Part shown: positions 20,201 to 28,500 of the stretch, piece after piece
Position numbering within the stretch: position 1 is the stretch's first letter
Layout: each line of letters opens with the position of its first letter
IMG/VR virus record: IMGVR_UViG_3300008964_000008
Span: 1 to 38,806 of that record
DNA from: a virus
Taxonomy: Duplodnaviria; Caudoviricetes
DNA: 38,806 bases
Strand: one strand, 5' to 3'
Notes under the pieces: model-generated
What the model was told of the DNA's origin: nothing
The model's input: the letters and a program-made list of their open reading frames with translations, nothing else
Databases searched by the model: none
Program-made: the position numbers and the translations under genes

Positions 20201-21620
20201 ACGTTGGTCTAACGTAAAAATACCTAATAGCAGTGTAAATGGATTATCTTCTTTTGATGCTTTAGATGTTGCTGATGTAGATTCAAACGCAGGTCCTATT
20301 ACATCAATTATATTGTCTTCTAAAGAGGCTAACTTAGCATCAAGATTGGTTATTCTTTGCAATAGCGGAAGCTTTATTGGTTTAATTGGTCAGGCTCAAA
20401 TTTATAGCCAAGATCAGTCTACTGCATTTTTATCTTCTGCTCCTGTACTTGGCACAATTCAACCAATTACTGGACAATGGGGATGTATAAGCCCGCAAGG
20501 TGTTATATCTTACAAAGGTATGGTGTTTTGGGCAGATGCATTAAACAGAGAGATTATCCAATTAGCTGGCGATGGAGCAACTCCAATTAGTCAACAAAAA
20601 GCTGGTTTCTTATGGAATCAAGTATTTAGAAATCTTCCTTTTGACGAGTCTGCTATAAGTGCAAAGAATATTAAAATAGGTATCAATCCATATACCTCAG
20701 AAGTATTTATTACTTGTCCTGCGCCTAATATTACTCCTACTCAATTCCCTGCTAATTGCGGAGAAAATAGATTAAATCAATATATAGGTGACAAGAAAGT
20801 TAGCTATGTATATAACTATCAATTAAACAGATGGGTAGGTGCATATGAAGACAATCCAGATCAATGGATAAGGGTGGGTGACGATGTATTTACTGTTGGT
20901 TCTCAATATTTAAACAATGGATTAAATCTATACAAAGAGTTTGATTCAACTCCAGGAGACTTCAACCAGTCGGCTAATCCAAGTTGTTACATATCTTTCC
21001 CAATATCGGAAGGATATCCTGCAACTATTGAACCTTTGAGCGTAATACTTATGGGTCAATTAACTACGACAAAAACAGTTGTATACGCAAGAGATAGCTC
21101 TACAAGTGTAAACAATAATTTGACTCAAGTAACTTGTTGGAATGATTCTAACTATGCTACAAGAGAGGGAGAGAAATTTGCGCCTGTATTAAGAAACAGA
21201 TTAAGCAATAACGCTAACCAATCTCAAGTGCTATCTATATCTCCAATAAGTTTAGGTAGTGGGTATCTAACTGCACCATCTGTTGCAATAGGACCTCCAG
21301 ATGTAGCTGGTGGAACACAAGCGGTTGCTGTATCTATAATAAATACCGCAGGTGAAGTAATTGGTTATACAATAACAAACCCAGGAACTGGTTATACTAT
21401 AACTCCTGCGATATCAGTAGGTGTGCCCCCATCAGGTGGAACGCAAGCTACCGCTTCAATAAGCGTAGGTGTAGCTGCAAATAACACTTATGATTACCAA
21501 GGAATAAAAGGAGATAGAATACGTTCTAAAACGCCTTGGGTTCAGGTAACCTTCCCAGCTGAGCAACAGATTAATTTTCAAGGTGCAAGGCTTGAGGTGA
21601 AACCGTCAAGCGGACACTAA
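17265..21620 (+). CDS. Tail muzzle/stabilisation protein (P22 gp10-like, crAss-like muzzle)
   Basis: 1451 aa with FTKGLDTD, LIFTDGHNPVR, QFMYR, NRLFLANNLEGYD, YSYGATFYD, VNGLSSFD and WGCISP motifs resembling crAss-like muzzle proteins. Confidence 0.75.
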   Translation: MAQITKLFTKGLDTDTAPHLQEKESYSSAMNVHFSLGSLLGVSDGQSGDMSGYNIGGDLGVLEPFAGNTDWTTLFSTLGVTGYNQNGAKCIGYAVDDTESISNNTRFFYLFIYTPAFSTTLENSWIVKVAIKYNATTKVNTISIADSSVLLSGFWVLGPASDNLAFQPEYFISARTSGSQLIFTDGHNPVRYVDVNKDYLTNNPTLNELSLITEPGVVPLIADRGSDPTKAATLQFKAVQFMYRILNEDGFISVLSPFSITSLPARQEEVEVDPFFGNVITISLSKDQKIPDNWKKVDFVMRYLDTNTFDVIRTFDKYDTTSREYNFGMGPVYYTDAQLVYEHNTSPFLVPYITVQNYDGSIIVETLDPAYCAKAFDSIPITSQSLEFTSNRLFLANNLEGYDTPATAIDITLTQNTATTSFSKIMYSLTPYLLAIREDLSGFWYAAVVTRNYGNGKNYAFPLPSQNIVFDAFQGGGSYNIVGLKSTDYTFISLPQTISEDSLIELSESENFDPLRVSSPSGGQRNARVRIISELNEHWGQKSLYSSLGTNNICVPLYNIGTFSFIITPNMCKVFSPSGYLNNTLNSRKAAFLPSSTYSYGATFYDEALRKSGNKYIGDITIGSYNAGTKTLVESIDVNVTGVQPSGSVPSWAKYYSINLTNNNKASSFLQFVPDIIRFAYKSSAGIIVYDQDEASPIGDYYGVAVPLTSLSDRSQGYAYTEGDLCQFEIYDYNTSTYNGSYTLPVITSIDGYIIVNSPKSNFNNYISYQGKKVQYTSASGSTVNTFVNDFLNDPALITNPKVGDVFLIGNAPVGAWAGQSGFVVYSNSGTWDFSSYAVPYTVVYSYGEYSGTAQYLSVSAGIWTPSGSPSVQYYAYAPAQLNQQVFICTLYTPKTVQRSFYEVAFFGEVSGGSLLAPYNGLSAKLYGDTYIQGSNSEGGAFNVVSKTNNENRYNYWIENSGRITPEDTVGQKGLTNQIRWSNVKIPNSSVNGLSSFDALDVADVDSNAGPITSIILSSKEANLASRLVILCNSGSFIGLIGQAQIYSQDQSTAFLSSAPVLGTIQPITGQWGCISPQGVISYKGMVFWADALNREIIQLAGDGATPISQQKAGFLWNQVFRNLPFDESAISAKNIKIGINPYTSEVFITCPAPNITPTQFPANCGENRLNQYIGDKKVSYVYNYQLNRWVGAYEDNPDQWIRVGDDVFTVGSQYLNNGLNLYKEFDSTPGDFNQSANPSCYISFPISEGYPATIEPLSVILMGQLTTTKTVVYARDSSTSVNNNLTQVTCWNDSNYATREGEKFAPVLRNRLSNNANQSQVLSISPISLGSGYLTAPSVAIGPPDVAGGTQAVAVSIINTAGEVIGYTITNPGTGYTITPAISVGVPPSGGTQATASISVGVAANNTYDYQGIKGDRIRSKTPWVQVTFPAEQQINFQGARLEVKPSSGH

Positions 21621-21624
21621 AAGA

Positions 21625-21640
21625 AAAGATGATAGTGCAA
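21625..21640. repeat. 16-bp direct repeat copy 1 (AAAGATGATAGTGCAA)
   Basis: Identical to 35854-35869; both copies abut a terminator hairpin. Confidence 0.8.
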
Positions 21641-21679
21641 GAAAAGAAAAACCCACCATTTAGGTGGGTTTCTTATTTT
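21641..21679. terminator. Bidirectional terminator between convergent modules
   Basis: AAACCCACC-ATTTA-GGTGGGTTT with an A-rich left flank and T-rich right flank. Confidence 0.85.
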
Positions 21680-21688
21680 GTATTATTA

Positions 21689-22516
21689 TTAAGAGTTTGG
21701 ATTCCAACCAAATCCGTACCAAGCAGGTAAAGCATTTTGATATGTTGCAGTATTTGGCATTGCTGCATTTAATCCAACTTGAAATGGAGATATAGGCGCA
21801 TTAAAGGCAGATTTCATCCCAGCTGGTGCATTTATAGGAACGCCTGTTGTAGCAGGAGCCAAAGCTCCAGATATTGTACCATCTGAAATTGATTTAGTTG
21901 GGAAAGGATTGCTAGTTGTGAAACCGCTAGGAGTTGTTGTTTTTCCAGCATTTGCGTTCAATCCAGCTGTTGCTAAGCTAAGACCTCCTTGTGCGATAGA
22001 CCCTAACCCTTGGCTTTTCATAGCAGAACCTGCCTGAGCCAAGCCTAATCCAAAGTTTTGTCTAGCTTGGTTAGTAGCTAACATATCAGAAAATTTAGTC
22101 TTTTCTTCTTGGCTCATTAAACCTCTAGCTTGATTTAAATTAGCTTGTTGTTGCTGTTGAAATGCAGCTTGTTGAGCAGCCAATTGAGGCGCAATAGATT
22201 GTAGCTGCGCTTGAGCACCTGCTCCTGCCGCCAAAGCTTGCGCACCAGATGATGCATTTCTTTGAGCATTAGCCATTTGTCCAGCCATACCTTGCTGAGC
22301 TTGTTGGTAAGCCATAGCAATAGCTGGGTTCTGAGCATTATATCTTGATTGAGCTTCAGCTAATTGTTGCTTAACCGTATCGCTTATTTCGTATTGTGGC
22401 CTTGCAGCCATAGCCTCTTCAAAAGCTCTTTGTCCTTTTTTCTGTTGTTGAGAACCAGATATGGTTTGATATAACCCTGATCCTAAACCTATTACTGCAC
22501 CTGCTATTATTGGCAT
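21689..22516 (-). CDS. Putative DNA ejection/pilot protein
   Basis: Hydrophobic Gly-rich N-terminus (MPIIAGAVIGLGSGLY) and an A/Q-rich coiled coil, typical of podophage internal virion proteins. Confidence 0.6.
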   Translation of the reverse strand: MPIIAGAVIGLGSGLYQTISGSQQQKKGQRAFEEAMAARPQYEISDTVKQQLAEAQSRYNAQNPAIAMAYQQAQQGMAGQMANAQRNASSGAQALAAGAGAQAQLQSIAPQLAAQQAAFQQQQQANLNQARGLMSQEEKTKFSDMLATNQARQNFGLGLAQAGSAMKSQGLGSIAQGGLSLATAGLNANAGKTTTPSGFTTSNPFPTKSISDGTISGALAPATTGVPINAPAGMKSAFNAPISPFQVGLNAAMPNTATYQNALPAWYGFGWNPNS

Positions 22517-22534
22517 AATTCTTTATTTATTGTT

Positions 22535-22549
22535 TATATAATACGCTTT
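22535..22549 (-). promoter_or_regulatory. Late-promoter motif AAAGCGTATTATATA (minus strand)
   Basis: Plus strand reads TATATAATACGCTTT; 30 nt before ATG 22516. Confidence 0.75.
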
Positions 22550-25500
22550 TTAATCCTCTTTAATATCGTTAATATTTAGGTTATCTATAGAAGAACCGCC
22601 TCTCATTGAGGCATTTCTAACCTTCTTAGAAACTCTAGCATCTTTGAACACTTGTTTAACTTGTCTATTATCTAGACCTAAAGCATACCCTGCTTCAACT
22701 AATTGGTTAAGTTCATATGCAAACATTTTAGCATTCTCATCTCTTTGTTTATTAACTAGATCCCTTTCTTCTACAGATTTTGTTTTATAGAAATCACCCT
22801 TGTATTTTCTTTGGTCTGCAATCCACATATCGTTTATCTCTTTTACTTTTGATCTTAATTTAGATTCAACGTCAGCTGTAGATACTCTACCTTGTACGCC
22901 TTCTGTAGTTATAAACTGAAGATACCCTGTTGCTGTTCCTTCTCTCTTTCCAGACTCAACTAGGTCAGCATATCTCATAGTTGAGGTTGCAATACCAGGT
23001 CCTGCTTTCTTTAAGATATAAGCTATATCGTCAATTCTTTTGCTAGCAAAGTCATCAAAGTTTTTATGGATTTCTACACCTTTAGAGTTCTCGTTATTTA
23101 TCACCTCTAATGCTGAGCCAAATAAAATCTCCCAACCTAATACTGGCATAGCAACTTGTAATGCCGCACTACCCACACCAGATGCAATATTATCTGCATA
23201 TATGAAAGATCTATAAGCTTGAGGGAAGATATTGAATGGGTCTACGCTTGATTCATTTCTGTATTCTACAGTTCCATCTTTATTTACTTTGAAAGAAAGA
23301 GATGCAAATTTATCATACTCAGGCAACAATCTTCTAAGTGCTTCATTTTGAGTTAACGTGCCTTCTGGTTTATTTATAATTTGAGAAAGCTCTTGTATAC
23401 CGTTAGGTATTTCGCTTACAGAAACTTTTTCATCGTCATCATCTCCGAAGCCCATAGCTGCTCTCAATAAACTCATTAAACCATAATAACCTGCAAGTCC
23501 AGATATACCAGACGCTCTGGTTTTTATATCCATTTGTTTTTTCATTTCAGCATCTTTAGCAGCATTGTCCGACAATGTTAAACCTTCGTGTAACATACCT
23601 GGATTAGCAACTAATAAATGTGCATTAACAAAGTTCCTAATACTCTCAGACATAAACCTAGGGAAGGTTCCGAAGATACCCATTTTTCTTTGGATTAAGT
23701 CTATAGCTTTTATAGTTCTTGTATCAGTAACAGTTGTTAACTTAACTTTTCTAGCAGCCATTTCATCTGCTATTTCTTTTTGTCTTGCATCCAATTCATA
23801 ATAAGATGTGTTATTTAATATAACAGCATTTGTATTTCTGAATATTTCAAACATAATTGTTTTTGGAATAGCATCACCAAGCATCATACTTTTTTTAGAA
23901 AAGTTTTCTACTTTATTTAATGCATCTGTAAATGTTTGATATATTGTTTGAGCTGGATTAGTAGACCCTTTTAAAGAAGCCAATAACTCTTTGTTTTCGC
24001 TTAACTCTTTACCAATTCTATTTATCTCTTCTAATTCTAAAGATGTATTGATACCTCTTTTTTTAGCTTCACTAAACATATTATTCCAATAACCCATAAA
24101 TCCTGCTGGAGTATTTATTTGATTATAAGCACCAGATACTATTCTTGGGCTATAGTAAATAGCTTCTGGTATTGCACCACTTGCCATACCAAAGTATAGA
24201 TATCCGTATACGTTTTTAATTTGAGTTGATGGAGAGTAAATAGTTTTAAACTTCTTGACGTTAGAAGTAATAAACTTGTAGTATAAATTACCTTCAATTG
24301 GTGTGTCAAATAAAAGGTTATACATAGCAGGAGTAATGCTACATCCTTTTAACGGACCGTATTTATTTACTGCATCCATTTCGTCTAATGCACCTCCTTT
24401 TATTTTCTTAGAATCACCTTTTGTTATTTCTCCAAGTTTAATCCATCCTGCTGGAGTTGGTTCTGAAGCAGATACAACATCACCAGACTGAAGACCTAAG
24501 TTTTTAAACTGAGCACCCATCTGATGGTTATATAACATACGAGTTAACTTCATTGCAGTTAATCGGAAGTTTATAGCTGGATCTTTAATCTCACCTAAGT
24601 ATTCTTTTATCTCTTTAGGTAAAGCTGGATTCTTTTCTATATAATCTTTCATAGAAACTACAGATCCGCCTATTGTAAAGTTAACATCACCAGATTGGTT
24701 AACGTCTTCTATTTTTCTCATTACAGCATCTGCAAATTCACCAGCTTTTTTATTAACTTCAGCTAACTTATTATTCATAGCTGTTGCTGCTTGTTGAGTT
24801 GCATTAGATTGCATTAATGGGTCTGCTGCAAGTAAAGCTAAGTATGGTTCTTCGTAGTTCTTTCTATAGTCTTCTAATATTAAATTAAATCCATTGTCTA
24901 GAGTTCCATTCATAGCCATAGCTGTGAATATGCCTCTTGCTTTATCTCTTACATCTTTAGGCACAGATTCAAACCAAGGAGAAGTTTTTTGTTTTGTAAA
25001 CAAACTAAATAATCCTTTCTTTTTAAGCAATTCAAATGCATAATAAGATGTTTTAGTGTAAGATCCTATAGTAGATGCTATTACTGCTTGTATCTCAGAA
25101 GGAAGTAACCCAGATCTTACAAGAGCCTCTTGAAGTGTAATAATGTTTTGTCTTGCTTGAACAACTGATTCTGCCAAATCTTGAGGAAGCATATCTACAT
25201 ACTTAACTCCAGTTTTAGGATCTGTTTCTCCAAGCATAGCTCTATTAACTATTGTATATATAGTTTTTTGTTTTAAACCACTTGCTTTTGCTGATTCTGT
25301 ATTTACAAACTCTTTAATTTGTTTTGACAATTGAATAGCATCTTTGCTAATTTGCTCTACAACATAAGACTCTTCACCTTTAAATGTTTCTTGAAGAGAT
25401 TTAGCTGCTTGGCTATTTCCTTGCGTAGCAGACAAATACATTCTTGTAAAGTTATTAAAAGCAGATTGTTGTTTGTTACTTAACTCTCTTACGTTCCCAG

Positions 25501-28500
25501 GGATTGGATTTACAGGCGCAGGTTGAGACATTCCTATTTTACCAACTTCCACTTGCTGAACACCTTTACTTCCTGCCCAACCTAAAGAAGGTTGAATAGC
25601 TTGTTTATTAGGAAGATGTTGTGTATCGCCTATTGGTTCTGCTGGCATAACAGTATCACTCATAACAACTGCATTGCCTTCCATATCTTTATTTACAACT
25701 GCTGCAAATCCTAAGTTTTTTGCTTGCTGTAGAATTGATTTATTAGCATATGTTTCTAAAGCAGATATTACTTTTTTATCATTAGCTGTAAATATAGCAT
25801 CTTTATTCTTAACGTCTTGAGTTGCTTCTAGTAACAAGTTAGCTCTTTCCTCAAAAGGAATCTGTCTTCTTGTTTCTACATTTCTAGCCTCTATTTCACC
25901 GTATTTATTGTTATAGTTTTTATAGGCTCTTTCATAAGTAGATCCTATCTTTAAAATATCTGTTGCGTATTTATCATAAATAGCAAGTCTTTCCTTATGC
26001 AAATCAGAAGATCTTTGTTTATTTTCTTCATTAAGATTTGACATTAAGTTATTTCTTTCTGTTGATATTTCATTTAACCTTTTAGCTAATCTTCTTTCTA
26101 AAGGTTTTGATGAATCCGAAAATATCTTATCATCTATTTTATTTATTATAATATCAAATTCTTCTCTTGAGCTTGAACCTTGAGTAAAACCTTCTTGTTC
26201 CTGTATATAATGTTGTATCTCGTGATCAATATAAGACAATATATTCTCAGTTCCTTTTTCTTTAAGAACTTCTGAATTTATAATAATATGTTGATGGCCT
26301 GGCCCTGCTGATAAATAAACAGCTGCTGTTGTAGGAGACATATTGTATCTACTGGTAGGGCTAAATCTTACCCAACCTGTTTTTCCAAAAGCAACACTAA
26401 CATCTCTTAAATATGGATACGCATCAAATAAATCTTTGTTCGATATTACATCAGGAAGTAATTTGTATGTAAACTCTTCATTAATGGCCTTGTCAATTAT
26501 TCTGTTCAATTGAAAGTTGTCATACTTAAATTTACTATCTGTAACTTCCATTCTCCAAAGGCCATCAGCTCCAAGTTCCCATCCAGTAGCCGTTTTAATT
26601 GCTTGTTTAGATTTCTTTTGAGACTTCATTTTCTTAGCCACAAGTAGGTTATTCATATTCCTTGAAGCGGTCTCTAATCTTTCGGCACCTTTTTCGCCTA
26701 TAATAGATGGTTGTATGTTTATTTTTAATCCTAATGGATTTGTATCTAATGGATATGTAGATTCATAAGGAACCTTAACCATTGAAGGTTGAATACCTTT
26801 CTTTTCAGTTGTTAATTCCAACATTCCATCTTCATTAACATCTGCATTATTTTCCGATACCTTATCAGTGTAAAACACATAGTTACCGTTTCCGTCTTCT
26901 GTCATATCATAAACGATAGGTGAAGCAGAAACTAAGTCGTCTGGTCTTGCATCAATACGTGGAGGCATATCACCATTAGTAATAGCATTACCATATGCTA
27001 AACCAACGAATGAATCTCTGTAGTCTATGCCTTCCATATAGTCATCGAATCTCTTCTCCTCTATATCTAATTGTTTATATGGATCATATACCATAGCAAC
27101 AACGTCAGGAGTTCCGTGAGCTTCTTTTTCCCAACCTTCTGGAGCATACTCTTCATTAAATGGAATACGTGAAGCGACTCTAAAACCGTTTCTTTCATAT
27201 ATCTTAGTTAAGTAACCATCAAAGTTATCTAACTTAATACCACCAGCTTTAACAGCTTTCTTTAATACTTCATCACCTGTCTTCTCAGCACTTTCTTTGT
27301 TAGCTTTAAATACACCTTTGATATCTCCATCTTGAGAAACAAAACCATATCCTGCTTCTGTTTTAATAACAGTTCCTTGTTTAGCATCTTCTAAAGAAAC
27401 ATTATCTACTGACCAGTATTGCTTTGGATCAGACTCCTTAGTTTCGTTTAATTTATCTACAAACTCGCCAGCAAGAGAAGGCATAATAGTCAACCTCTCA
27501 GCTCTTTCAATTATTTCATTAAAGTCTTCAGAGTTCCAAGTTCTTGGATACATTGATCCAGCTGCTGAAACACTAACAGGAATAAAAGCTCCCTTAGTTC
27601 TGCTATCTAAAAATCTAGCTTCATCAAAGAAATGATTTACATAATACTTACCATTCAAAATAAATGGATTAGTTCCGTGGAATGCAGAGTTAAATTGTTT
27701 ATGTTTAAACTTATCTACATTAGATTTATTTACATATTCACCTTCTGTCATATAAGGATCAACATAGAAGCCTGTCATAGCAAATCCATTATCTTTATAT
27801 TTCTCTCCAGGAGTATCTCCTTTTAGTGAATTTAAAATATTTTTATCTAAATACTTATCGTAGAAACTAGGTAAATCTATATTTAATTCTTTTAATTTAT
27901 TTTGAAAATCAGATATTTCTCTCTTTGATTTTACATTTATATTTGGAATAATATTACCTAAAATGTCTAATCTAAAAGCAAAAGATTCTTTCTTTAAGTA
28001 TTTTTCAAGTTCGTTTACTAAGTCCCCAGATTTAATGCTTTTTAAATCAACAAGAAATTGGTTATATGATTTTATAGCTTTTGTTTCTTTACCATTTGAT
28101 TTAACTAATCTTGCTTTTATAGTAGCTTTTGTTGCGTAGTCAAAAGCTTTCTTTAACTCAGTTGCATTTAGCTTTCTTTTACCTATAGCTTCTTTTATAT
28201 TATCTAACATAAATTCAGCTCCGTGGTAATTACCTATGGTTGAACCAGCGGATTGTACAGTTACATAAACAGCAACAGGCATTCCTTTAAATTCTGGGTT
28301 TGTCTTATCTCTAACTTCTGCTGCGTGCCTAACAGCCTTGTAAAAATTTTTTATTTTAGAGTCTTCAGAAGCAGCAAATCCTATTTCATTATCAATATTA
28401 TCTTTAAAGAAAGAATACGATATGCCGCCATCAATATACTTATCTTCAGATATAACCCCAACGCCTGTTCCGTCTGAATTTATAAATACAGCAGCACCAC

